Part shown: positions 13,700 through 26,719 of the stretch, in pieces | How the letters are laid out: each line of letters starts with the position of its first letter | How positions within the stretch are numbered: position 1 is the first letter of the stretch | NCBI RefSeq assembly: GCF_004010195.1 | Contig: NC_057714.1 | Location: forward strand, 72,403,655-72,467,654 | Direction: 5' to 3' | From: Chiloscyllium plagiosum | Taxonomy: Eukaryota | DNA length: 64,000 nucleotides | Notes under the pieces: model-generated | Told to the model about the DNA's origin: nothing | Database searches by the model: none | What the model saw: the letters and a program-made list of their open reading frames with translations, nothing else | Made by a program: the position numbers and the translations under genes

Positions 13700-15700
13700 T
13701 AGGAGACTTTATTCTTCTTTCGGTCAAAATGGACAATTTCACTTTCCTGCATTATACTCAATTTGCCAGATCTTTGCCCACTCACTCAATATATCTCTAT
13801 TCCTCTTCAGGCTCTTTATGTCATTTCCACAACTCATATTTCTTATTTATCCTTGTGTAATCAGTAAATTTAGCTGCTGTACTTTTGGTCTCTTCATCCA
13901 AATCAGTTATATAAATTGTAAAGAGCTGAGGGCCTAGCACACCACTCGTGACATCCTGGCAGCCTGAAAAAGACCCATTTATTCCTAACACTTGCTTCCT
14001 GTTAGCCAGCCAATCTTCTGTCCATTGCCAATATGTTACCTCCTACACAATATGAACTTCTATTTCCATAATAAACACTGATGTAATACCTTCTCATAAC
14101 TACAAATTGAGGGGTGATAGATTTAAGACAGATGTCAGAGGCAGGTTCTTTATGCAGAGAGTGGTAAGGGCGTGGAATGCCCTACCTGCTAATGTAGTCA
14201 ACTCAGCCACATTATGGAGATTTAAACAATCCTTAGATAAGCACATGGATGATTTTGGGATAGTGTAGGGGGACGAGCTAAGATTAGTTCACAGGTCGGC
14301 GCAACATCAAGGGCCGAAGGGCCTGTTCTGCGCTGTATTGTTCTATGTTCTATGTTCTATAAGCCATCTGGAAATATAAGTATAAGACATTCTCTCCTCT
14401 CTTTTATCTGCAGCACATTTTAAAGTCAGTTCTTTGAAAACATGATGGTTGCGTTCTTGTGCAAACCCTATTAAAGAGACATTGCACTTTAGAAACAGTG
14501 CTTAAAATGTTGGTGATGGAATCATATTACAGCTAACTCACATTTTAAAAGTTCGCGCTTTAGAAACAGTGTCCCCAATTCATCAATCAAATTTAAGCGA
14601 ATTCGTGTTGATGAAACATGTGTTATAGCAAACATGTATTTCTTCAAAGAACTCCAATAATTCAGTTAAACATAATTTTCCTTTGACAAAAACATGAATC
14701 TACCCAATTATCTTGAACTTATACAAATGCCCTGTTATAATGTCTTTAATAAACACTTCTGACATTTTCCTTGCAACAGATGATAAGCTAACTGTGGTTT
14801 CCTGCTTTCCGACTCTCTTTTTGAATAAAGGATTAAGGTTAGAGGGGAAAGAATAAAAGGGAATCTGAGGGGCAACGATTTTACACAGAGGGTGGTACAC
14901 ATATGGAATGGGCTGCCAGTGGAAGTAGTTGAGGCCAGTGCATTAACAACATTTAAAAGGCATTTGAACAAATACATGGATAGGAAAGGCTTTGAAGGAT
15001 ATGGACCAAGTGCAGGGAAATAGGGTTTGCGTGAATGGACATGTTAGACAGCATAGGCCAGTTTGGGCCAAAGAGCCTGTTTCTGTGCTGTAGGACTTAT
15101 GACTCTATAAAAGTTACATTTGCCATTTTCCAGTCTAAAGTAATCTGCCCCTAATCAAGTGAATTTTGGAAAATTAAAACCATTGTGTCCACTATCTCAC
15201 TCGATACTTCTTTTAAGACTCTAGGAGGAAATCCATCAGGACTTGGGGATTTATCAACTTGCAATTCCAACAACTTATTCAGTACTATTCTCTGGCAATT
15301 GTAATCAAGTTTCTCCATCCATTTCAATTCCTGATTTCCAGCTGTTTCTGCGATGATACTTGTATTCTCTCTAGTGAAATCTGAAGCAAAATATCTGTTC
15401 AAATCATCTGCCATCTGTTTATCCTCTGTTACCAATTCCCCAGACTCATCTTTCATAGGACCAACATTTTGTTTGTTAACTCTTTGCTTTTAAACATCTG
15501 AATAAACTTTTCCTAATCGGTTTTAAATTTTTGCTAACTTTCACTCATATTCTATTTTTCCCCTCCTTATTAATCTTTTAGTAATTAATCTTTGCTTTTT
15601 TTGATATTCTGTCCAATCTTCTAACCTGCCACCGATCTATGCACAATGATATGCCTTTAAGTTGATACCATCTTTGACGTTTTTTTATTAACCATTCAAG
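13700..15700 (-). mobile_element. Fragmented CR1 ORF2 with nested + strand CR1 3' ends (~14100-14360, ~14835-15110) and a MITE
   Basis: ORF 15151..15456 (DKSPSPDGFPPRVLKEV); TTCTATGTTCTATG tail at 14341-14360. Confidence 0.8.
14422..14638. mobile_element. Second copy of the Tigger-like MITE (opposite orientation)
   Basis: Reverse-complement similarity to 10555-10776 (CCCCAATTCATCAATCA vs TGATTGATGAATTGGGG). Confidence 0.7.
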
Positions 15701-15904
15701 CCCATCTCTTAGAATGTTTATTATTTTCTTAAATGACAAATCACTTATTTTCAAATTATGTCTGTTAATTATAGATTCCCCACAGTAGAAAACATTTTCT
15801 CAACATCTATGCTTGGACAAGTCGGACCTCAGCCAAGCTGGAACAAACATCCTTGTGGAGATTAGGTTATCTTGTGCTATGCAGGAGGCTTTTAACTAAT
15901 GGCA

Positions 15905-16100
15905 GGGCAGTATGGGGCTCAGTTAGCTGAACGGCTGGCTGGCATGTGATGTACAGTGACACCAACAGTGTGCGTTCAATTCCTGCACCAGCTGAGGTCA
16001 CCATGAAGGTCCAGCTGTCTCAATCTTGCTCCTCACCTGAGGTGTAGTGACCCTCACCAACAGCTGGGTCTCTCTCATTAGTGCACAGCCCTATTGCCTT
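15905..16100 (+). mobile_element. tRNA-derived SINE
   Basis: A-box-like GCTCAGTTAGCTG and B-box-like GTTCAATTCC. Confidence 0.55.
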
Positions 16101-17639
16101 TCATCTTTACACTAGACTGAATCATCTGATAGAAAAAATAAAGAGCACAGATGACTTATAGACAAAAATCATTAGACAGAAACGTAGTTCAGAAAGTAGA
16201 GAGATCTTACAGAAGAAGGAAATGAGATAGATTAGGGTACTTAGGGAGTGCACAGAGTGTGGTGAATGGGTTTCGTCTGCTGTTGTCACAAATTACCATT
16301 ATGATGCAATGGCAATAATGGAGAAGAGTGTCAAATAAAGGGAGGAGTGGTAAATTAATATCCATGGTTCAGCTACAATATATAGATTAGAGAGTGAAAG
16401 AAGAGAGGGTGGCTGACAGATCAAAGAAAGGGTGAATACTTGAAGCATAAACATGTCACTGAGCTATGTGGAAAGGGCAGTGTAGGCAGACTTTAGGCAC
16501 AGTATTTTCAAAGAGCCAACACAGGCAGTATAAGCAGAGTCACCTCTTTCTGTGTTCTATGGGTTATATCGTACTGTACTTTTGGAGTATCATATGGACT
16601 GCAGTGGTTCAAGTAGAAATATCACAACAGCCTTCTCCAGGACAAATTGAGATGCATAATAAATGGTGGCCTTACTCAAGACATACTGAGAATTACTTAA
16701 AAATAACTAAGGGAATCTGTTCAATTTTTATCACCTCCATCAATATAGAATTCTCTGACACTTCACTGAAGTCACCTCTTGAAGTACTTGAACTGTCAAC
16801 TGAGCTCAGAGAAAAATATGATTTGAATTAAACCAAGTTGACACTTACTTTGGTGCAAAATGTCTGCTATTCACAGTTGCAAGGTAAAATATAGTCACAG
16901 CTTTACTTGGTTCATTTATTGTTGTATATGCAATGTTTTGTAATCAATTTTGCTGTTTCTTCCACCAGAGGGGGATATGGAGCAGTTGTTTCTTCACACC
17001 ATTTCTCAGCTCAGTTGCTTTACTTTCGCTGTAACAGTTAGTCTCCTACATTGATGACAGTGAGAATATCTAACTTCTCCTATTTCCCCACAACATTTTA
17101 ATTAACTTTGCAACATTTAATTAAATTGCCACATTTCCTACATTGTAACTGTTTGAAGCAGCTCGCTCTTACAGGTAGATCTCAGGTGAGTAATTTTGCT
17201 GCCAATCACCACTTTACTGATTTAGATCCTCTTTCATGAACAAGACTCAAAATTTTGTTGTGTTGGAACGATTTGCGAGCCCTTTAAAAATGATGGGTGG
17301 AACCTGATTCTTTGATCCTGCCCATGTTCCTGTTTCTGGCAGTTTTCACTGATGCATGAAAGGGTGTGAGTAGCCCATCTGCACACAGCTCTCCGATCCT
17401 TGCTAGTTCCATTGTGGGGGTGAGGGGGTTAGTGAGGAGGAGTGAGAAATTTAACCTCTCAGCTCAGTTTTGCATGGAGTCAGTCCCCTTCAGTAAGTGT
17501 GGATGGGGTTCACATTCTCACACAGCAGGTATAAACTTCTCAATCCAAAGCTGGGAACCGAAACAAGTCAGTTGTTTCTGGAATTCCTTCAATGCCCAGC
17601 TACGAATTACAACAGGAAATTGTTCTTACAGTTATAAGA

Positions 17640-18700
17640 AGTTTTTTTTAAAAATTATCCAATCCTGCACATCCATTGATGTCCAGGGTTCTTTGCACTT
17701 GTTGGTCCCACCCTGCGCACTCACTATTGCCATTTGGAATATCTCCCAATACTTTGATGTGGAGTTTCCTATAAGTAACTGCTCCCAGCACACTTTGGCT
17801 GAAGCCTGTGTTATCTTATCAAAATTGGCCTTCCCCTCGATTCTGAACCTTTATTTCCCATCCATCTTTGTCCTTATCCGTAATTACTTTAAACCTTACT
17901 GAATTATGTTCATTATTATCTAAATGCTTCACCACTGACAATACTTATCACTTGCTCGGATTCATTCTCTAAAATTAGGTCAAGCACTGTGCTCCATCTT
18001 GTTGGATTTTCTATGTGCTTCTTAAAAAAACACTCCTGGACACATTTTAAGAATTACATCCCTCTTTCTCACTTTGTCCATCCTAGTTAATATTGGGGAA
18101 GCTGAAATCCCTACTATGATTACCCTATTAATTTTGCACTTCTCTGAGCTTTGCCTGCATAGCTGTCTTTCTGTCTTCCTTTGACTGCTAGCGGATTTAC
18201 AGCATACCCTCAGTAAAGGGACTGCCCTCTTTTTGTTTTTAAGCTCTACCCCAATTCTAAGATATTATCCCTCCTTGTTGCAGTAATTGACTCCTTGATT
18301 AATATTGTGACATGAGCTTTTTTTTTTACACTTGCCCCTATCTCACCTAAAGATTATGTACCCAAATATATTAAGCTGTCAATTCTGTCCCTCCCACAAC
18401 CATGTATCCCCATGTGTTAACCAACATCATTTGCCTTACTTGCCAAGACTCCTTACCTTAAAATAAACACCATCTAATCTTGCCAAACTTCCTTGTGGCT
18501 TAAATTGACTATATTTCCATTGCTTTCTAGACTGACTTGGTTCTTCTTCTATACTTGTCTGTGCATCACCCACAATCCACATTGCAACCCCCAGTCAATC
18601 AGTTCAAACATCCACCAACCAAACTAGAAAACCTATTCACAAAGATGTTCGTCCTGTTCAGTATCAGCTCCCTTACACAGGTCCCATCTCTGTCAGAAAT
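17640..18700 (-). mobile_element. Old CR1 fragment (APE region)
   Basis: Reverse strand resembles CR1 APE (GDFSFPNIN, FRIEGKANFDKI). Confidence 0.65.
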
Positions 18701-21700
18701 GAATGCACTGAGTGGTTGACTAGCCATGTCCACACCATTAGATCAATCTTGGAGCTTGCCTTTGGCCTCTTGACGCAAGCCCCTGAGAAAAGATTAGCAC
18801 CTTTGTCTTTACTGAGGCTTGCTGACACCACAACAAGCTTCTTGGCTTCATGTCTGCACTAAATGGCACGGCTAAATTGAAATGTGAGCTCTTGTGGAGG
18901 AGACAAATTGCAAAGAGCGAAGGTAATGTGAGGTTTGCATTTCTAGAGCATCCAACTAGGCTCAGAATGAGTGGTGCTATGATAGGAAATAAACAGATGG
19001 AGATATAGTCTATGAACCGAGTCTCTGAGGACACAGTGTCCTTGCCACAGCTTTACAATGTTAGTTACTGGTGCAGCCTGAGTTGCAGCATTGAAGAGCA
19101 GAAGCACTCTAAGTCGATCAGAGATGTGCCATGATGGTTTTTAAGAGACTGGCACATGATGACTGGCATTATCCATGGATATGAGATGTTCATTAGAGGA
19201 TGCCCTGGGATGTTAGAGGTACCCAGTATCCAAATGGAAATCTTTGGAGCAAGCGAGCTGAAGTGGTTGGGTAGCCACTCTGACTTCTGTGTTGAGATTC
19301 CTCGATGAGTAGCTTGCTCAGCACGTTTGGTAAGGCTGGAAGCTGAATATTAATGAGGCAAGTTGGGCCTTTAACAGGATGCGTAGCAAGTTATAATCCC
19401 CCTTAACAACTCACTATGCCTAGTGCAATATCCGTTCTGCTGCTCGTCAAAAGCATAAAAAATGCTGCAAGATTCTCAGCTGACCTCTTGCCCGATTCTG
19501 CCACAAACCTCACCATAACCCCTGGTGCTCAGACTCACAAAATGAGATGAAGCATGGTGATCTAGCACAGCTTACATCAGTAACAGCCAATTCAAGACAG
19601 AAGCACAGTAATGCTGCAGTTCTGAATGAGGCAGGAAAGTGTAAAAAGACAAGGCAAGGCAGACATGCTGTAAGCATCCAAGTAACTGCAAAATGAGTGA
19701 GCGCTAACAGGTCAAGATAAGGGTCTGAGATGGGTTGCTGTCCCTGCACACAAAGTGGTCTGGCAGCAGCATGACAATGGAGGGTGCTGGTGTGCTCTGA
19801 GGTGCAGCATTGGAGAACTACAATCTAAGTGGGTCAAAGGTGTGACACAATGATGTAGTGAGTCTGGTATGTGTTCAGTGCTGACTTCAGTTTGCAGGGA
19901 GGGGTAGGGCAGTGCAGTGGTTACTGCCTGTGGAGTGGACACTAAGTCAGGGACTGCTGGCCAAGATGGAGACCCAGAGCAACAAGAGGTAAGCTCGAAC
20001 TACCAGGTATCTGCTTTGAGCTTGATGTTGGAACTGTTGCCGTCTAGTTTCTCTCTGGCATGTGGAAGAATGATAAACTGCAGATATTAATCAGGTGATA
20101 ATGATTGTAATTGCACATTAATGATAAAACAGGCGATCTCACTGCTCACTGAGATTCACAACTCATTGTTCAAACTTTAAGTGGAAAATTGGATTTTATT
20201 CTCAATGTCGAGAATCTCATTTTTCTGATCTTTTGATATATTTCCAACTGATTGCCATTGTTCAGGAGCTTGGAAGATTTAGCTCTTAGTCTCCAGATGA
20301 TGTCTGTCATCATCTGATCATACAGTTCAGTTCAATTTACACGTGGATTTATTTCTAGAAAACAATCACACTAGCCAAAAATACTAGCACAATAAGAATG
20401 TTAGACACAACTTAATCTGCAGTTGAAAAAGAAGTGACAAGGTGTGATACTTAATGGAATGTGTCTCGAACTAATGCTGGTGCATTCATCTCTTACTGTA
20501 TTGTTGGTGAGACAGCTAATTCCTCACCAGCTTCATCCTCCTGTGCATTAAGGCTAAGCTGATAAAATTACCCTTATTATTCCTTTAAAGGAGATTTTCT
20601 AGGAGTCTCAGAGTGTTGACTGTCTTTAGAATCTTTAAATAATTTTGAGACAGAGATAGGGAGATTGCTGATTACCAAGAGAATAAAAGATTATTGGGGG
20701 TTTTCAGGAATGTAGACTTCTTGTTTGGGTCTGGCAGCCTGGAATGGGTGACTATGGAACCTCCCTATCCTCAGTGACTCTGCTTCCTCCTGCCCTTTGC
20801 TGTTTCTCCCCCTTTTGATGATGTCCTCCTACAAGAGATTGGGCCCTGTGCAGCACCAGACCCATGGTGAGCTCTAGCTTGGATGCAGTGGTCACAGGAT
20901 CAGCAGTGGTAGCCGCAGGAGGAGATCGTTACCAAGACCCTACACAATGTCAAGTTGCAGCAACTGGGGGAGCAGTATAAGAGGAACAAGGAGGAGGAGA
21001 AGCCAACCGAGAAGAAAACGGAAAGGAAAAGATAAACCTCTGAACCAAAAATACCAAAGCTATTGCAGCAATATTATACAATACAAACTGAAATCTCAGG
21101 TAATGCTGAAGCATGGCGACACTTTGTGAATAACTCAACAAAAAACTCTTATTGTCACACGTATTAGGCACATGTGACAATATTTAATAAATTTAAATGT
21201 ACACTAATATGACATCTCTGACTGAATATAGTTCCATGCTTATCTTACTATTACATTTTATATACATAACTTAAGAACTGTGTCACTGACTTACCAACTA
21301 TTTCTACAGAGAGGAAGATGAAGACATTTTATACTGGTGTATTACATGTTGTGATGTCTAGCTATCTTAATGGTATTGTTCCTTCCTGAAACTTGCACAA
21401 TAATACAATAATCCAATTGGTACAGTACACTTTGTAAGGTCTGAAAAATTACAAATTCTGAAAACTATATTGTGCTGAAATACTCAATCATAAATTAACT
21501 GGAGTTATTAATATCGATTGTCTTAACAGAAACAATGTACATAAACAACGCTGGACAATATAATAATTTGGTCATGAAGGTGCATTTGGGAATGCAGAAG
21601 CAAGTATAAATGATGAAATTTTTCTTAATCTGAGCCATAAAAACGAAGTTGAATGAATGGGGTCTCAGACCAGCACTGTCCATTCCAGGAATTTGAACCT

Positions 21701-21740
21701 GGACGCTGAGTTCTACACAAAGGTCCAAAGTACACAGAGG

Positions 21741-21971
21741 AGACTCAGTCCCACTGAAAATAGCAGACATGTGGCAATGAAGAGACAAAACTCGGTTATT
21801 CAATTTCAAGGAAAAAATCTCATCAAAGTTTCAGTTGCCTGTTATGTTGGATAAGGCAGACTCAGTCCCACTGAAAATAGCAGACATGTGGCAATGAAGA
21901 GACAAAACTCGGTTATTCAATTTCAAGGAAAAAATCTCAAAGTTTCAGTTGCCTGTTATGTTGGATAAGGC
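21741..21971 (+). repeat. Direct tandem duplication, 117 bp + 114 bp
   Basis: AGACTCAGTCCCACTG...GTTGGATAAGGC occurs twice; the copies differ only by a 3-bp indel. Confidence 0.95.
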
Positions 21972-23284
21972 TGAAGATAACAGGAGCTGGCGCAGTAAGA
22001 GGCGTTACAATTGGCTGTCACGTGAATGAAATTACACAGAATCATTCAGATCTGCAAAGTGTTAAAACTGTAGGAAATCAGTAGCTTCTGTCTCCACTAA
22101 ATGAGGCATAGATTTTATGTAACATTCAGGATTGGTCACGTGCACAGATAATTCCAAATAAGGCATGTACTTGGCATAGAAACGGTGTATAAAGCAGCCC
22201 AGAAAACCTCTGATTGCTCAGCAGAACTCTGAAGATTCACATTGCAAGGTACTCTATGTCAGGAGCCATGGTGAAGACTTCGAGCCAAGTTTCAGCCTGG
22301 CCAGCTGCCAACTCTCCTGGGTAATAGCATTTGGGTTCAGTAACAATATCAGGGTAGTGAAAAATATTGATTGAGATATCTCATGTAATTTGAAGTGTGT
22401 GTTATTTAAGTATTTCATAAATTAATTGGATTTATAGAGCTCGAAGTGTCTCCATTGTATTCATCATTTATGTTTGTATTGTTGTCTCTCAGGGAAGGAC
22501 TGCTTCAGTTTCCAAGGAATTTCCAAGCACAGCAAAGCAGGTAGAAAACACTGGGCATGAGTTGAAGGACCATGCCGATATTAGTCTGTCGTGATTTTTG
22601 AAACACTCAGATTTACCTCATCTTCATACATTTAACTCCTGTACGAATACTGAAATTGTGTTTTTCTCACATCCAGTGAACTTGAATGTTGCCTTGATCC
22701 CCATGTGTATCCAACTCTTCTGCATCATTGAAACTCAAAAAATTTCATAGAATAGGGGCAAGGCTTTGGAGGGAAAGAATCTATGGCAATTGAACAATTT
22801 CCATCTGAAAAGGGGAGTCAACAATGCATTGTCTAGTAGCAATGAGAAGACATGATCCTGGGTGATTCACATGATTTTCTCTGAACTGCAGTGTACAGGA
22901 AGGCTGTAGATCTCAGATGTATTAATTATCTGAGAAGATTGAGATCTTCCAATACCACAGCTTTGTTCAAACAGGTAATTGATAATGGCCATTTCAAGTG
23001 GTGTGATCACAGATTAAGATTTTTGTTAGGTATACTCAGACAGATAGGCTTTGTAATGAATCTTCACATCGCACTCACCCATAAGTAGCAATATTCATTA
23101 ATCACTCTGCTGTGTGATATACCCAATCACAGTTTCCTTGAGCCATCTAAGAATCTTTCAGCTGGGAGATACAGATTGTTTCCTAACTGCTGAGTTGGTT
23201 ATAATATCCAGACACAGCATGCAGCATTCTTGAATAAAAGAGAACCCCTTAATGTCAACTCTCCAAAACAGAAATGCAAACCAA

Positions 23285-23450
23285 ATTAGATTAGATTAGA
23301 TTACAGTGTGGAAACAGGCCCTTCGGCCCAACAAGTCCACACCGACCCGCCGAAGCGAAACCCACCCATACCCCTACATTTACCCCTTACCTAACACTAC
23401 GGGCAATTTAATATGGCCAATTCACCTGACCCTGCACATCTTTGGATGGT
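23285..23450 (-). mobile_element. HE1-type SINE 3' part
   Basis: (ATTAG)n tail and reverse complement of the body seen at 33225-33535. Confidence 0.85.
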
Positions 23451-23731
23451 GGGCTAGGTGATCTGGATTCTCACCTTTCCCAGAGGTGTGTCATGCCAAA
23501 ACAAGTTGATTCTCAACAATAAGAACAATATTAATAATTTTAAAATCTGTCTCTATTTTCTGTACTGTTCATGGATTTCATTTTCTTTGTAAAATAAAGA
23601 AACAGAACCTTTAATATAGATGAACCCTCTGTGTTAAGAGTTAAAAGTTGAACAGTTGTAGGCCATATCGTGGTTATATCAGTAACTTCCTAAATTGAGG
23701 TCTCCATATCATGTAGGGTGAGCATTCAGAA

Positions 23732-23737
23732 TTTATT
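23732..23737 (-). terminator. Candidate polyadenylation signal (AATAAA) for OLAH
   Basis: tttatt on the + strand, 24 nt past the stop codon; position only, no transcript support. Confidence 0.3.
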
Positions 23738-23760
23738 CAATTCATAAAGGTTTCTGGTCT

Positions 23761-23903
23761 TTAAAGGTAGTGTACTTCAGCAGTCTCTAAATGCTTTGTA
23801 ATATAAGCTATTAAAAACTTCTCATTATCTGGTTCTTTGAGGTAAAAATGAGCTCCAGGAAGCTTATGGATGGTAAATTCGCCACTTGTTAAATCACTCC
23901 AGG
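23761..23903 (-). CDS. OLAH: OLAH last coding exon ([47 protein letters not shown])
   Basis: W...T.G.F...PGxHFYL catalytic His motif; ttgcag| acceptor; TAA at 23763-23761; the six exons total 765 nt = 254 aa + stop. Confidence 0.94.
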
Positions 23904-24789
23904 CTGCAAGATTAAAACAAAATACAATTTTAAACCTCTCTCCAACAACAGAATTTAATTAACAAAATATAAAATATAATTTAATTGTTAATTTTTAAAT
24001 TAAAACTCAAATGGCTTCCTGAATTTTCCTTATGATAAAGATAATGCCACTCTATTCACTCTGATCTACACATATTCAAGTCCTACACTATGTGGTTCTT
24101 CCCTGAAGTAAAACTGGATTTGAGGCAGTGGAGGAGATTTAAACTTCAAGTAGGATGCAAACTTGTTCACTTCCAATTTTAAACAGAGGAAGTGCAGTTA
24201 CAAATCAATCTGTTTTTAGAGGGGTCACTGAAACCTTCCAAAGGAAGTCACATACTCCAATTTCAACAAATTGGATGTTAATTGATTTGAACCAGACTTC
24301 CGGGGCTTAGGGAAATCTAGCAGGTAAAAAGGGGCAAGAATGGCCAGATCTGTAAAGGTGAATGCATTTCCAATGTTGCTAATGGCCCAGGAGGGAGGAG
24401 GAGGTGGTGTTTCTTTCAACTATAATAAACAAATCTATTTATGGACCATGTGCTCAACAAACCCCACAGTCTCAGCCCATCCCTGATTTCCACGATCTCT
24501 CTGACTTCCACATTATCATCTTGTCCAACAAGTAGCATACCCAAATCTGACCTCTTTCACCCACTTTCTCAGATGTCTCTTCTTCACTCTCCCAGTCTTG
24601 TCCCAACTTGACAGGCAACAACCTATAATCAGGCCTGGTTAATTGCACAGGGTATCCCTGAAAAACTTTAAGAGATGTTCTGCTGTCAAGTTAATCTGGG
24701 CAACTGGAAAAACCTAGTTGTGAATTTCCCCTCTGGGAATACACAACACCACTGCTTTCTACACAGTTCAGAGTAAATACTCATGCCCT

Positions 24790-25962
24790 AAATAGAGATG
24801 TACAGCACTGAAACAGATCCTTTGGTCCAATTCATACATGCCGACCAGATATCCTAAATTAATCTTGTCCCATTTGCCAGCACTTGATCCATATCCCTCT
24901 AAACCCTTCCTATTCTTATACCAGTCCAGATGCCTTTTAAATGTTGTAATTGTACCAGCCTCCACCAATTCCTCTGGCAGCTCATTTCATACATGCACCA
25001 CCCTTTGCATGAAAAGTTGCCCTTAGGACCCTTTTAAATCTTTCCCCTCTCACCCTAAACCAATGCCCTCCTCCAACTCAGGGAAAAGACTTTGCCTATT
25101 TACCCTATCCATGCCCCTTTTACAAACCACTATAAGGTTACCCCATAGCCTTCGACACTCCAGGGAAAATAGCCCCAGCTATTCAGCCTCTCCTTATAGC
25201 TCAAACCTTCCAGCCCTGGCAACATTTTTGTAAATCTTTTCTGAACCTTTTTAAGTTTCACAACATTCTTCCTACAGGCAGGAGACCATTCCAATGTTTC
25301 TTACATTCCCGCTGACCTTTGGGGAGGGGGTGGGGTGGGGGTGTCTACAGTACAATCCCAATAACGTGATCGTCCCTTTCTTATTTCTTAGTTCCACACA
25401 AATAACTTCCTGGACATATTCTCAGGAATATCATCCCTAAGTATGGCCTTATTGTTATCCCTTATCAACTCAGCACCTCACTGCCACCCCCCCAAAACCG
25501 CTCCCACACCCTCACCACCTTACTAGTTTAAATCTTCCCAAGCAGCTTTAGCAAATCCCCCTGCCAGTATATTAGCCCCCTTCAAATTCTGGAGCAATCC
25601 ATCTCTCTTGTACAGGTCACTTTTACCCCAGAAGAGATTCCAATGAGCCAAAAATGTGAATGCTTTACCTCTGCATCAGCTCCTCAGCCACGTATTCATC
25701 TGCTCTATCCTCCTATGCCTACCATCACTAGTTCTTGGAACCGGGAGTAATCCAGATAGTACTACCCTCAAGACGTCCCTTTTAAATTCCTGCCTAACTT
25801 GCAATATTCTCCCTTCAGAATCTCATCCTTTTCCCTTCCTATGTCGTTAGTTCAAATGTGTAGAACGTCCTCCTGCTGATCCCACTCCTCTTTGAGAATA
25901 TTCTACACTCTCTCCGAGATATCCTTGATCCTGGCACCAAGGAGGCAACACACCACTCTGAT
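24790..25962 (-). mobile_element. Internally deleted CR1 (ORF1 esterase + APE snippet + 3' end)
   Basis: 25500-25960 matches 7300-7750, 25345-25470 matches 6850-6975, and 24790-25090 matches 4150-4464. Confidence 0.85.
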
Positions 25963-26719
25963 TTATAATTCATTTAAGTTTCAAACATTTATAATAATGC
26001 AAACTATATGCATTTAATTACTATCAGTTACCTAAAATGTATTCATTTATTTACAAGCATTCATTCTCATTGGTACGTATATATGAACAATGGAATCACA
26101 TTGCTAATATCGCCAGGATTACACTTTGGCCCTGAAAAACCAGAATCAATTTCTGCACAAGATATCAAAAATTATGGGCTGCATTTTATCAGAAATCAGT
26201 GAGGTGTCAATTTTGGCAAGTTCCATGGTGGATTTCTCTCCAAGAAGTTTTGCATGTTTATCTCATACTATTTGACACAGTTTGCCTTATTTGCTATGCA
26301 CCATGCATGGTGTGCTATCATCCCTTCAACAATGGTGGGACCTCCTGGATTTCTGGAACAATTTTTAAAGCCATCCATGCATGGTGAAGTAATGCCAGTC
26401 TGGAACTGCCCCTCTGTGCATGGAGTTGGAACCAAAGAAAAGAAACACTTTTCAGGAAGTATATCGGCAGAACTCATACTTCACTGTAAATACTATAATG
26501 TTCCTAGCTATTTTCAGTTCTGATAAAGGGTTACTGGACTCGAACGTTAACTCTGTTTTTCTCTCCACAAATACAGCCAGCTGAGTTTCTCCAACACTTT
26601 CTCTTTCACCTTCTGCATAATGTCCTCAACTTCTTCCTTGGAAGATTGCTGCACCCTCCTAGCTCTTCAGAGTCCACCTCATCTCTTTGTGTTTCACATT
26701 TCAGCACCTGCAGTTTTTT

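Noticed and set aside
16740-16831. ...LSTELREKYDLN* loosely resembles the ACBD7/DBI C-terminus (KELIEKYGI)
   Set aside because: Only EKY-level similarity, no upstream ACBP exons found, and no convincing splice context.
17366-17902. 178-aa plus-strand ORF
   Set aside because: Largely the antisense frame of a decayed CR1; no coherent protein.
22185-22260. TATAAA box followed by a donor-like AAG|gtactc
   Set aside because: No downstream coding exons; more likely a decayed LTR or a chance match.
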